Source: a virus
Lineage: Duplodnaviria; Heunggongvirae; Uroviricota; Caudoviricetes
Length of the DNA stretch: 36,228 nucleotides
Strand: one strand, 5' to 3'
IMG/VR virus record: IMGVR_UViG_2778261451_000006
Within the stretch, counting starts at the first letter, position 1. The number at the start of each line of letters is the position of its first letter. The notes beneath the pieces were generated by a model. It was not told the DNA's origin and ran no database searches. It worked only from the letters and a program-made list of their open reading frames with translations. Position numbers and translations under genes: made by a program. This document shows, piece after piece, positions 8,783 through 17,411 of this stretch.

Positions 8783-9724
8783 ATGAGCACTAAATTAACC
8801 GGCTATGTATGGGATGGTTGCGCTGCATCAGGCATGAAATTATCCAGCGTGGCAATTATGGCCCGCCTGGCTGATTTCAGTAATGACGAAGGTGTGTGCT
8901 GGCCATCAATTGAAACTATTGCCCGTCAGATTGGCGCGGGGATGAGCACCGTCAGAACGGCTATCGCACGGCTGGAAGCAGAAGGCTGGTTAACTCGTAA
9001 GGCGCGTCGCCAGGGTAACCGCAATGCGTCGAATGTTTATCAGCTTAACGTTGCGAAGCTTCAGGCAGCGGCATTTTCTCAACTGTCAGATTCTGACCCG
9101 TCAAAATCTGACGCATCAAAATCTGACCCGTCAAAATTTGATGCGTCGAAATCTGGCAAAAAAGCGGGTTTTCACCCGTCAGAATCTGGCGGGGATCCGT
9201 CAGTAAAATCAAAACATGATCCGTCAGATAAAAAACCTTCTCGTCCGGACGCTTCGCAACCGGATACGCAGACGGATGAACAGGATTTTTTAACTCGCCA
9301 TCCTGATGCGGTTGTATTCAGCCCTAAAAAGCGCCAGTGGGGAACGCAGGATGATTTGACCTGCGCACAGTGGCTCTGGAAAAAAATCATCGCCCTGTAC
9401 GAGCAGGCCGCCGAATGTGACGGTGAGGTGGTTCGTCCCAAAGAACCTAACTGGACAGCCTGGGCAAACGAAATTCGCCTGATGTGTGTGCAGGATGGTC
9501 GTACTCACAAACAAATCTGCGAGATGTACAGCCGCGTCAGCCGCGATCCGTTCTGGTGCCGTAACGTGCTCAGCCCGTCGAAGTTGCGGGAAAAATGGGA
9601 TGAGCTTTCCCTGCGCTTATCGCCGTCCGTCAGCACATACACAGAAAAACGTGAAGATCCGTACTTCAAAGCCAGTTACGACAACGTGGACTACAGCCAG
9701 ATCCCGGCAGGATTCAGGGGGTGA
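8783..9724 (+). CDS. replication initiation protein (lambda O-like) with embedded origin iterons
   Basis: 313-aa ORF; N-terminal HTH-like region; tandem DNA iterons inside the gene give the peptide repeats SDSDPSKSDASKSDPSKFDASKSG. Confidence 0.75.
   Translation: MSTKLTGYVWDGCAASGMKLSSVAIMARLADFSNDEGVCWPSIETIARQIGAGMSTVRTAIARLEAEGWLTRKARRQGNRNASNVYQLNVAKLQAAAFSQLSDSDPSKSDASKSDPSKFDASKSGKKAGFHPSESGGDPSVKSKHDPSDKKPSRPDASQPDTQTDEQDFLTRHPDAVVFSPKKRQWGTQDDLTCAQWLWKKIIALYEQAAECDGEVVRPKEPNWTAWANEIRLMCVQDGRTHKQICEMYSRVSRDPFWCRNVLSPSKLREKWDELSLRLSPSVSTYTEKREDPYFKASYDNVDYSQIPAGFRG
9092..9151 (+). repeat. tandem 15-bp iterons, putative ori
   Basis: Four contiguous copies (TCTGACCCGTCAAAA / TCTGACGCATCAAAA / TCTGACCCGTCAAAA / TTTGATGCGTCGAAA); degenerate copies and A-rich stretches follow to about 9240. 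Confidence 0.6.
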
Positions 9725-9726
9725 AC

Positions 9727-10215
9727 ATGAGTCTTTTGAATGACGTTCAGAAATTCATTGAAGCCCATCCGGGCTGTACTTCCGGAGACATTGCGGATGC
9801 TTTTGCAGGTTACTCACGGCAGCGCGTTCTGCAGTCAGCAAGCAAGTTACGTCAGAGTGGGCGTGTGGCTCACCGTTGTGAAGGGGATACACGCAGACAT
9901 TTCCCGCGGCTGACTGAGATACCGCAGGAGCCGGAACCGCAACCAGTTCGTGAATCCAGACCTGTGCGCAATTTCTATGTCGGCACTAACGATCCCCGGG
10001 TGATTTTGTGCCTGACCCGCCAGGCGGAAGAACTGGAGTCCAGGGGCTTATACCGTCGTGCTGCAACGGTGTGGATGGCGGCATTCCGTGAAAGCCACTC
10101 CCAGCAAGAGCGAAACAATTTTCTTGCGCGTCGTGAGCGGTGTTTACGGAAAAGCAGCAAGCGCGCTGTATCGGGTGAAGAGTGGTGTCTGTCAGGGAAT
10201 TACGTGGGGGCTTAA
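9727..10215 (+). CDS. hypothetical protein, possibly DNA-binding (winged-helix-like N-terminus)
   Basis: ORF directly after the replication gene; ATG at 9727 preferred over GTG at 9721; stop overlaps next start (TAATG). Confidence 0.5.
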   Translation: MSLLNDVQKFIEAHPGCTSGDIADAFAGYSRQRVLQSASKLRQSGRVAHRCEGDTRRHFPRLTEIPQEPEPQPVRESRPVRNFYVGTNDPRVILCLTRQAEELESRGLYRRAATVWMAAFRESHSQQERNNFLARRERCLRKSSKRAVSGEEWCLSGNYVGA

Positions 10216-10868
10216 TGAGTAATAAATATTGTCAGGCTCTGGTGGAACTGCGGAACAAACCAGCCCATGAACTGAAGGAAGTGGGCGATCAGTGGCGCAC
10301 GCCGGATAACATTTTCTGGGGAATTAACACCCTGTTTGGTCCGTTTGTTCTGGATCTGTTCACTGACGGTGATAACGCCAAATGTGCCGCGTATTACACG
10401 GCGGAAGACAACGCGCTGGCGCATGACTGGTCAGAACGTCTTGCGGAGCTTAAAGGTGCTGCCTTTGGTAATCCCCCATACAGCCGCACCAGTCAGCATG
10501 AGGGGCAATACATCACAGGCATGCGTTACATCATGAAGCATGCCAGTGCCATGCGTGATAAAGGTGGGCGCTATGTTTTCCTGATCAAAGCTGCCACCAG
10601 CGAAGTGTGGTGGCCGGAAGATGCAGATCATATTGCTTTTATTCGCGGGCGTATTGGTTTTGAACTGCCTGTCTGGTTTATCCCGAAAGACGAGAAGCAG
10701 GTGCCGACAGGAGCGTTCTTCGCTGGTGCTATTGCTGTTTTCGATAAGACCTGGAAGGGACCGGCAATCAGCTACATCGGGCGCGATGAACTTGAGACAT
10801 GTGGTGAGGCGTTTCTGGCGCAGGTTCGCCAGCAGGCAGAAAAACTGGTCAGGGAGATGGCGGCATGA
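10215..10868 (+). CDS. phage DNA N6-adenine methyltransferase (orphan, Dam-like)
   Basis: 217 aa from ATG at 10215; catalytic NPPY motif (AFGNPPYS); no adjacent restriction gene. Confidence 0.8.
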   Translation: MSNKYCQALVELRNKPAHELKEVGDQWRTPDNIFWGINTLFGPFVLDLFTDGDNAKCAAYYTAEDNALAHDWSERLAELKGAAFGNPPYSRTSQHEGQYITGMRYIMKHASAMRDKGGRYVFLIKAATSEVWWPEDADHIAFIRGRIGFELPVWFIPKDEKQVPTGAFFAGAIAVFDKTWKGPAISYIGRDELETCGEAFLAQVRQQAEKLVREMAA

Positions 10869-11191
10869 CGACGTTAACTCAATGCCAGCAGCAGGTGCTG
10901 GATATGCTGATTTCTTACCAGAAAGAACGTGGCTTCCCGCCAACCAATCAGGAGGTGGCAACCATGCTGGGATACCGTTCAGTGAATGCAGCGGTGGAGC
11001 ATCTTCGCGCACTGGAGAAAAAAGGCGTCATCACGATAAAGCGTGGCGTGGCCCGGGGGATCACGCTTCATACCGCGGTGAAGGACGACGACAGCGAAGC
11101 GGTCGGTATCATCCGCGCACTGCTTGCCGGTGAGGAGAACGCCAGGCTGCGTGCAGCCCACTGGTTACATGAGAGGGGCGTGAAAGTATGA
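10865..11191 (+). CDS. LexA N-terminal DNA-binding domain protein (no protease domain)
   Basis: 108-aa ORF; LTQCQQQVLDMLISYQKERGFPPTNQEVATMLGYRSVNAAVEHLRALEKKGVI parallels the LexA N-terminus ([53 protein letters not shown], recalled). Confidence 0.7.
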   Translation: MTTLTQCQQQVLDMLISYQKERGFPPTNQEVATMLGYRSVNAAVEHLRALEKKGVITIKRGVARGITLHTAVKDDDSEAVGIIRALLAGEENARLRAAHWLHERGVKV

Positions 11192-11577
11192 AGTTGATCC
11201 TTCCTTTCCCGCCCAGCGTGAACACGTACTGGCGACACCCCAACAAAGGGGCATTTGCTGGTAAGAGCCTGATAAGCGCGGCGGGACGCAAATTCCAGGG
11301 CGCGGCGTGTGCCGCCATCATTGAGCAGTTACGTCGTCTGCCGAAACCAACGTCGGCACCTGCTTCAGTGGAGATCGTGTTGTTTCCACCGGACAACCGG
11401 ATCCGCGATCTGGACAACTATAACAAGGCACTGTTTGACGCCCTGACCCACGCGGGTGTGTGGGAAGACGACAGCCAGGTGAAAAGAATGCTGGTGGAGT
11501 GGGGACCGGTTATCCCGGAAGGGAAGGTCGAGATAACTATCAGTAAGTACGAGAAAACGGCGGGTGCAGCCGCCTGA
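11188..11577 (+). CDS. rusA: Holliday junction resolvase RusA
   Basis: 129-aa ORF; RusA-like motifs (PPSVNTYWRH, RDLDNYNKALFDALTHAGVWEDDSQV). Confidence 0.85.
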   Translation: MKLILPFPPSVNTYWRHPNKGAFAGKSLISAAGRKFQGAACAAIIEQLRRLPKPTSAPASVEIVLFPPDNRIRDLDNYNKALFDALTHAGVWEDDSQVKRMLVEWGPVIPEGKVEITISKYEKTAGAAA

Positions 11578-11596
11578 TCAAGAGGAGAAACGAAGT

Positions 11597-12394
11597 ATGA
11601 ATAATCTGATGGTCATTGATGGTATTGAAGTTCGTCGTGATGCTTTTGGGCGTTACAGCCTGAACGATCTGCACAGGGCTGCCGGTTCTCTGGATAAGCA
11701 TAAGCCTGCATTCTGGCTCCGCAATGAGCAAACTGAACGTTTAATAAGCGAGTTGCAGATTTGCAACTCGGTCAATATAGAGCCAGTTAACGTTATTCGT
11801 GGCGGAAATAACCAGGGGACGTATGTCTGCAAAGAACTGGTGTATGCCTATGCAATGTGGATCAGCCCGTCATTCCATCTGAAGGTGATCCGTACTTTCG
11901 ACATGGTAACCAGTGCACCGGAAAAATTATCCGGACAGGCTGCTGACAAGATGCAGGCTGGTGTGATTCTGCTGGACTTTATGCGCCGGGAATTAAACCT
12001 GTCTAACTCTTCAGTGCTTGGTGCCTGTCAGAAACTCCAGGAGGCTGTTGGCTTACCGAATCTGGCACCGCGCTATGCCATTGATGCTCCTGCTGACGCG
12101 CCTGATGGCTCAAGCCGCCCCACGCTGTCACTGAGTGCACTGCTGAAGCAGTATGGTATCCGCCTGACAGCTAATCAGGCATATCACCAGATGGTGAAGC
12201 TGGGGATCGTCGAGCAGCGCGAACGATACAGCCGTACCGCGATTAACAACATCAAAAAATTCTGGTCGCTGACAGCGAAAGGCTGCATGTTCGGCAAGAA
12301 CATCACCAGTCCTGCAAATCCGCGCGAGACGCAGCCGCATTTCTTCGAATCCCGATTCCCTGAGCTGTTAAAGCTGCTCGATACCGTTCATTGA
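11597..12394 (+). CDS. KilA-N domain protein (antirepressor-like)
   Basis: ATG at 11597 with GAGGAG upstream; N-terminal KilA-N-like segment (VIDGIEVRRDAFGRYSLNDLHRAAG...KPAFWLRNEQT). Confidence 0.7.
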   Translation: MNNLMVIDGIEVRRDAFGRYSLNDLHRAAGSLDKHKPAFWLRNEQTERLISELQICNSVNIEPVNVIRGGNNQGTYVCKELVYAYAMWISPSFHLKVIRTFDMVTSAPEKLSGQAADKMQAGVILLDFMRRELNLSNSSVLGACQKLQEAVGLPNLAPRYAIDAPADAPDGSSRPTLSLSALLKQYGIRLTANQAYHQMVKLGIVEQRERYSRTAINNIKKFWSLTAKGCMFGKNITSPANPRETQPHFFESRFPELLKLLDTVH

Positions 12395-12395
12395 G

Positions 12396-13391
12396 GTGAC
12401 CGTGAGAGCACTACTGACCCCTGAAATTGCCCCGCGTATGGGGATCGTATTGTTCAGGCCAGGTTCAGAGCTGATGCCCCTGTTTATGCAGGGGCGTGTC
12501 CTGCTGGAGCCTGAGCCGGAACGTTATTCATCTTTCGCCAGTGGTGCCGTTCCGGCGGCATCACAACCGCTGGCGGATGATCCTGCCGTTCGGGCCGTGT
12601 TCCGCAATGAGGCAGTGATCCGTCGTGCTGGTGGCGTGGAATGTCTTGAAAGCTGGTTACTTCGTGAAAAAGGCTGCCAGTGGCCTCATTCCGACTGGCA
12701 CAGCGAGAACATGACCACAATGCGACACGCGCCGGGCGCAATCCGTCTGTGCTGGCACTGCGATAACCAGCTGCGCGATCAGTTCACGGAACGGCTGGAA
12801 TCAATGGCAACGGATAACTGTGTCCGGTGGGTGTTATCTGTCGTGCGTCGGGATCTCGGTTTTGATGACAGTCACGTTGTGACAATGCCGGAACTGTGCT
12901 GGTGGCTGATTCGTAATGATCTGGCGGATGCCTTACCGGAAAGTGCAGCCCGTAAGGCACTGAGATTACCGAAGCCTGTTGTGCCGTCTGTTACCCGGGA
13001 AAGTGACCTTGTGCCTTCGGTTCCTGCCACCAGCATCATCCAGGATAAGGCGAAAAAGGTGCTGGCGCTGAAAGTGGATCCGGAGTCGCCGGAGTCTTTT
13101 ATGTTACGCCCAAAACGTCGCCGCTGGGTTAATGAAAAGTACACGCGCTGGGTTAAGACACAGCCGTGTGCATGTTGTGGAAAGCCTGCTGATGATCCCC
13201 ACCACCTGATAGGCCACGGTCAGGGGGGAATGGGTACAAAAGCGCATGACCTCTTCGTGCTGCCTTTGTGCAGAAAGCATCACGACGAGCTGCATGCGGG
13301 TACCGTGGCATTTGAAGAGATGTATGGCTCCCAGTTGGAGCTGATATTTCGTTTTATCGATCGTGCGCTGGCAATAGGCGTACTGGCGTAA
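12396..13391 (+). CDS. DUF968-family protein with C-terminal Cys/His (HNH-like) motif
   Basis: 331-aa ORF; C-terminal CACCGKPADDPHHLIGHGQGGMGTKAHDLFVLPLCRKHHDELH; typical nin-region position before Q; start (GTG 12396) uncertain. Confidence 0.65.
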   Translation: MTVRALLTPEIAPRMGIVLFRPGSELMPLFMQGRVLLEPEPERYSSFASGAVPAASQPLADDPAVRAVFRNEAVIRRAGGVECLESWLLREKGCQWPHSDWHSENMTTMRHAPGAIRLCWHCDNQLRDQFTERLESMATDNCVRWVLSVVRRDLGFDDSHVVTMPELCWWLIRNDLADALPESAARKALRLPKPVVPSVTRESDLVPSVPATSIIQDKAKKVLALKVDPESPESFMLRPKRRRWVNEKYTRWVKTQPCACCGKPADDPHHLIGHGQGGMGTKAHDLFVLPLCRKHHDELHAGTVAFEEMYGSQLELIFRFIDRALAIGVLA

Positions 13392-13404
13392 GTGGAGAAC
13401 GAGC

Positions 13405-14157
13405 ATGAACCTTGAAGCCTTACCAAAATATTACTCCCCAAAATCTCCAAAATTGAGTGATGACGCACCGGCGACAGGCTCGGGTGGTTTAACAATTACA
13501 GATGTGATGGCTGCGCAGGGGATGGTGCAGTCGAAAGCACCGCTTGGGTTTTCCTTATTCCTGGCAAAAGTTGGTGTTCAGGATCCTCAGTTTGCGATTG
13601 AAGGTCTGCTCAATTACGCGATGGCACTGGATAACCCGACATTGAACAAATTGAGTGAAGAAACCCGGCTACAGATCATTCCTTACCTTGTGAATTTTGC
13701 CTTTGCTGATTATTCCAGGTCTGCGGCAAGTAAGGCTCGCTGTGAGCATTGTGCTGGTACTGGATTTCATAATGTATTGCGCGAAGTGGTGAAACACTCC
13801 AGAAGCGGGGAGTCTGTTATCAAGGAAGAGTGGGTGAAGGAACTATGTCAGCATTGTCATGGTAAGGGAGAAGTCAGCACAGCGTGCAGAGGGTGTAAGG
13901 GTAAAGGTATTGTCCTGGATGAAAAAAGAACCCGGCTTCATGGCACGCCTGTTTATAAGATTTGTGGGCGTTGCAATGGAAACCGGTTTAGCCGTTTACC
14001 AACCACACTGGCGCGGCTTCATGTCCAGAAGCTGGTACCAGACCTGACGGATTATCAGTGGTACAAAGGATATGCAGATGTCATTGATAAACTGGTTACA
14101 AAGTGCTGGCAGGAGGAAGCTTACGCTGAAGCACAATTGAGAAGGGTGACGAGATAA
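13405..14157 (+). CDS. Q: late-gene antiterminator Q
   Basis: 250-aa ORF with multiple CxxC zinc-binding motifs (CEHCAGTG, CQHCHGKG, CRGCKGKG, CGRCNG); sits before the lysis genes. Confidence 0.8.
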   Translation: MNLEALPKYYSPKSPKLSDDAPATGSGGLTITDVMAAQGMVQSKAPLGFSLFLAKVGVQDPQFAIEGLLNYAMALDNPTLNKLSEETRLQIIPYLVNFAFADYSRSAASKARCEHCAGTGFHNVLREVVKHSRSGESVIKEEWVKELCQHCHGKGEVSTACRGCKGKGIVLDEKRTRLHGTPVYKICGRCNGNRFSRLPTTLARLHVQKLVPDLTDYQWYKGYADVIDKLVTKCWQEEAYAEAQLRRVTR

Positions 14158-14265
14158 GCGATTTTCGCCGAAGATAGCGACATAATACTTGTGTTTCTCA
14201 AAAAATATGGATAAGATTTTCTCAACGATGGGGCTTGTGTATCTATCGTTGAACAATTTTTACGA

Positions 14266-14289
14266 CCTCGCTATTGCGAGGTTTTTTTA
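14266..14289 (+). terminator. rho-independent terminator downstream of Q (tR'-like)
   Basis: Stem CCTCGC/GCGAGG with TATT loop, then TTTTTTTAT. Confidence 0.55.
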
Positions 14290-14325
14290 TGGTTTTTTTC
14301 TATTCAATCTACATCAAAATCAATG

Positions 14326-14334
14326 TGTTATAAT
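14326..14334 (+). promoter_or_regulatory. extended -10 element (TGtTATAAT)
   Basis: Perfect TATAAT with TG two bases upstream, 37 bp before the 89-aa gene; no good -35. May be a moron promoter or part of the late promoter. Confidence 0.3.
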
Positions 14335-14371
14335 GTTTTCTGTAAAACAACATTAAAGACAGGAGAACATT

Positions 14372-14641
14372 ATGAAACTGACCTCTATCCATCTTGAAAT
14401 ACTACGTCGAGTGAATGAATTGCAGCCAAAGGATTCTAGAATTCAGGCTGCATCATTACCTCATCTCTCAGCAAAAGAGGTTAATTTTGCTATTTCAGAT
14501 CTTGCTGATATAGGTTTTATCGATGTTATACGAAGCAAATCTGCCGAAGGTGGATTGATTGCTAATGAGATAACGTCAAAAGGTTTTGCTTTTTTGAGTG
14601 AGATTGGCGCTGAAAAAAATTCATCGATGAGCACTCATTGA
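14372..14641 (+). CDS. hypothetical small protein (89 aa), AT-rich moron
   Basis: ORF with AGGAGAACATT-ATG ribosome-binding site; AT-rich; perfect palindrome GGCTGCCAATTGGCAGCC follows at 14656–14673. Confidence 0.5.
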   Translation: MKLTSIHLEILRRVNELQPKDSRIQAASLPHLSAKEVNFAISDLADIGFIDVIRSKSAEGGLIANEITSKGFAFLSEIGAEKNSSMSTH

Positions 14642-14706
14642 TTTCTGCTTCAATCGGCTGCCAATTGGCAGCCTAAACTGTAAAGTGAATTTAAAATCGC
14701 CTACAA

Positions 14707-14734
14707 TTGATGCTTAAATTTTGTTCTGTATCAT
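14707..14734 (+). promoter_or_regulatory. putative sigma70 promoter (TTGATG-16 bp-TATCAT)
   Basis: Near-consensus -35/-10 hexamers with 16-bp spacer, about 100 bp upstream of the 268-aa membrane-protein gene. Confidence 0.35.
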
Positions 14735-14838
14735 CTGCAGGTTTAGGGATATCACAGTAGCTTTCTGACAAGAAGAGTTCTTTTCTTCTACCAATGAAGT
14801 GGTTATGTTAACCTGCGCCAAATCGAGACTGGTGCGGA

Positions 14839-15645
14839 GTGGAATCGAAAGTGTCATATTTTTACAGAAGCAAGAATATTTCAGGTGTTTCTATAAATGA
14901 AGATAGCTTGATTAGCTTAAGCACGGCAATTGTCGAACGCTGCGTTAAAATGAATGAGCAAGCTCAAAAGGAAAGTAGGGAAGTTTGTGCTCAATGTGTT
15001 TTTTTTATTTTGTTCGATGGTAAGGGGTATAAAGTTGATTCTATCGGTGAGCTTGTGAAATACTTTAGACAGGCCACTAGGATTGATCAAATAATTTTTA
15101 CTATTGAAACTTATCAAAGTCGACAGTCTAACAGGATGAATGGATCTTGGATGGAGCTACGAATTGATGAGAGGAATTCAAATAGCAGCACAATGATTGT
15201 AGCATCGGAAGATAATGAGTGGGTTGACTCGTTATGGATTACGATTCAGGATTTACTTAACAAGTGCAAAAATAAATTTAGATTTTTTAGAACAGCTTGG
15301 ACTATGTTAAGTATCCAGATTTCAGGTGTGACAGTTGGCTTTTTGCTTAGCTTATGGACAGCCTCAAAACTGGCGCCAAAACTATCAATCGATGGTGCAT
15401 TTGCTTTATCATTTATTTGTATCTTTATTTTGTTTTCGAACTTATGGAGCTTTGCTATTCCATTAATAATTAAGCTTATCGACTTTTTGTTTCCTAGTGT
15501 TAAGTTTGTTATTAATGGTAAAAATTACTTTCACTGGAGTGTCCAGGCTATAATTGGAGCGATTGCCAGTGCGGTTATATTGTATTTTATTAGCTCCATG
15601 TTGCTTTTTGCATTAGAAATGTTAAATAGCATCATTAAGAAATAG
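14839..15645 (+). CDS. hypothetical membrane protein: ~150-aa soluble N-terminal domain plus three predicted C-terminal TM helices
   Basis: 268-aa AT-rich ORF (start uncertain: GTG 14839 or 14851); hydrophobic segments LSIQISGVTVGFLLSLWTA, AFALSFICIFILFSNLWSFAIPLII, VQAIIGAIASAVILYFISSMLLFAL. Confidence 0.6.
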   Translation: MESKVSYFYRSKNISGVSINEDSLISLSTAIVERCVKMNEQAQKESREVCAQCVFFILFDGKGYKVDSIGELVKYFRQATRIDQIIFTIETYQSRQSNRMNGSWMELRIDERNSNSSTMIVASEDNEWVDSLWITIQDLLNKCKNKFRFFRTAWTMLSIQISGVTVGFLLSLWTASKLAPKLSIDGAFALSFICIFILFSNLWSFAIPLIIKLIDFLFPSVKFVINGKNYFHWSVQAIIGAIASAVILYFISSMLLFALEMLNSIIKK

Positions 15646-15678
15646 TTAATGAATTAGTTATAATTACATCAATTCTAT

Positions 15679-15703
15679 GGCTGCCAAATGGTGGCCTTTT
15701 TTA
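15679..15703 (+). terminator. putative terminator after the membrane-protein gene
   Basis: Stem GGCTGCC/GGTGGCC (two G-U pairs) with AAAT loop, then TTTTTTATT. Confidence 0.45.
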
Positions 15704-15753
15704 TTCCTCTCATTTCTATTTCTGAGAGGACTCACTGCAATAAGAGGTGGCTA

Positions 15754-16140
15754 ATGTCCGATCCGATTTCCGGCACAGGATTAGCTGGTGGAGCCCTAAC
15801 GGGCGCTAGTATTTATGGACTGCTGACCGGAACTGATTACGGCGTTGTTTTTGGCGCATTTGCAGGGGCTGTATTCTATATAGCAACAGCAGCAGATCTG
15901 AGTGCATCGCGCCGACTGGCATATTTTATCGTGTCATATATTGCTGGGATCCTTTGCTCTGGATTGGTTGGCTCCAAGCTGGCAAACTTGACCGGATACA
16001 GTGATAAACCTCTGGATGCTATTGGTGCCGTAATCGTCTCTGCTTTAGCCGTTAAAATCCTGACGTTCCTGAATAATCAGGATATCGGCTCGCTGGTGGC
16101 GCTCATAACGCGCCGGGGAGGTTCAGGTGGAGCTAAATGA
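15754..16140 (+). CDS. holin-like membrane protein
   Basis: 128 aa from ATG at 15754 (AGAGGTGG upstream); Gly-rich TM segments; first gene of the lysis cassette. Confidence 0.55.
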   Translation: MSDPISGTGLAGGALTGASIYGLLTGTDYGVVFGAFAGAVFYIATAADLSASRRLAYFIVSYIAGILCSGLVGSKLANLTGYSDKPLDAIGAVIVSALAVKILTFLNNQDIGSLVALITRRGGSGGAK

Positions 16141-16408
16141 CCCGACAGCAACTATTAATGCGCTGTTATGTGCTTGTGTTGTTATTACTCTGATGTTTTA
16201 TCGTCGTGGTGATTCGCGGCATCGTCCGTGGGTTTCACGTTTAGCCTGGCTGATTACTGTTACATACAGTGCTGTTCCGTTGGCCTATCTCTGTGGGATT
16301 TATCCCCATTCCTCATGGCCCATTATCGTGGCGAACACTATTTTACTTTCCGTGCTGGTGGCTGTCAGAGGCAACGTTGCACGTCTGGTTGATCATCTGA
16401 GGCACTAA
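16127..16408 (+). CDS. second holin-like / lysis-associated membrane protein
   Basis: 93-aa ORF from GTG with GGGGAGG upstream; two to three hydrophobic segments; overlaps neighbours on both sides. Confidence 0.5.
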   Translation: MELNDPTATINALLCACVVITLMFYRRGDSRHRPWVSRLAWLITVTYSAVPLAYLCGIYPHSSWPIIVANTILLSVLVAVRGNVARLVDHLRH

Positions 16409-17022
16409 TGAACCAACAATTATTTCAAAAGGCGGCTGGTATTAGCGCCGGGCTGGCTGCGCGCTGGTTTCCGCACATTGATGCGGCGATGAAGGAATTC
16501 GGCATTACAGTACCAGCGGATCAGGCAATGTTTATCGCTCAGGTAGGCCATGAGTCGATGGGGTTTAGCGCCGTAGTTGAAAATTTTAACTACACACCAT
16601 CTGCGCTTGTGGCGACGTTCGGAAAGAGGATCACACAGCAGCAGGCTGATGCCCTTGGCAGAACATCCGGACATGCAGCTCGTCAGGATGCTATTGCCAA
16701 TCTGGTGTATAGCAACCGACTGGGTAACAAAGCACCAGGTGATGGCTGGAAATATCGTGGTAGAGGATTAATTCAAATCACTGGCCTCCATAATTATCGC
16801 ATCTGTGGCGCGGCGCTGAAGTTAGATCTGGTGACTTCACCTGAACAACTGGAACAGGAGCTACAGGCCGCGCGCTCAGCTGCATGGTTCTACACCTCTA
16901 AAGGTTGCATGGTCTACGGTGCCGATATTAATCGTGTTACGCGCATCATTAACGGCGGTCTGAACGGTATTGAGGATCGTAAGGTTCGATACAACAAGGC
17001 GCGGGCGGCGCTGCTGGTATGA
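16408..17022 (+). CDS. endolysin, glycoside hydrolase family 19 (chitinase-like lysozyme)
   Basis: 204-aa ORF; GH19-type segments (FIAQVGHESMGF, WKYRGRGLIQITGLHNY, INGGLNG). Confidence 0.85.
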   Translation: MNQQLFQKAAGISAGLAARWFPHIDAAMKEFGITVPADQAMFIAQVGHESMGFSAVVENFNYTPSALVATFGKRITQQQADALGRTSGHAARQDAIANLVYSNRLGNKAPGDGWKYRGRGLIQITGLHNYRICGAALKLDLVTSPEQLEQELQAARSAAWFYTSKGCMVYGADINRVTRIINGGLNGIEDRKVRYNKARAALLV

Positions 17023-17411
17023 AGATGAGTTATTGGGCGCTTATTTTAACGTTTATTGCTTGTATTGCTGGTGGTCTTGTCTGGTCAGCGAATCACTACC
17101 ACGGAAAGTTTCTGGAGGAGCAGAAGCGTGCTGACGCTGCGGAACAGCGAGCTGATTCTACTGAGGCTATCACCGCGAATGTTCTGCGTACTATGGCAAT
17201 AACGAACATCATTCAGGAGGCGAATCAACATGCAAAACAGCAGATCGCACTGGAGTCACAGAGAACCCAGGAAGATATCAAAGTGGCTGTTGCGGATGAT
17301 GATTGTGCTCTACGCCCTGTGCCTGCTGCCGCTGCTGACCGGTTGCGCCGGTACGCGGACAGTTTACGTGCCAGTTCCGGTGATACCACTACCGGCGAAC
17401 CTGACCGCTGA
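17019..17411 (+). CDS. i-spanin (Rz-like)
   Basis: 130-aa ORF; N-terminal TM anchor (YWALILTFIACIAGGLVW) then charged coiled-coil-like region; overlaps the endolysin stop. Confidence 0.7.
   Translation: MKMSYWALILTFIACIAGGLVWSANHYHGKFLEEQKRADAAEQRADSTEAITANVLRTMAITNIIQEANQHAKQQIALESQRTQEDIKVAVADDDCALRPVPAAAADRLRRYADSLRASSGDTTTGEPDR

Noticed and set aside
9092-9151. Possible CRISPR array (short tandem repeats)
   Set aside because: The repeats are 15 bp, contiguous with no spacers, and lie inside an intact ORF; they are replication-origin-type iterons.
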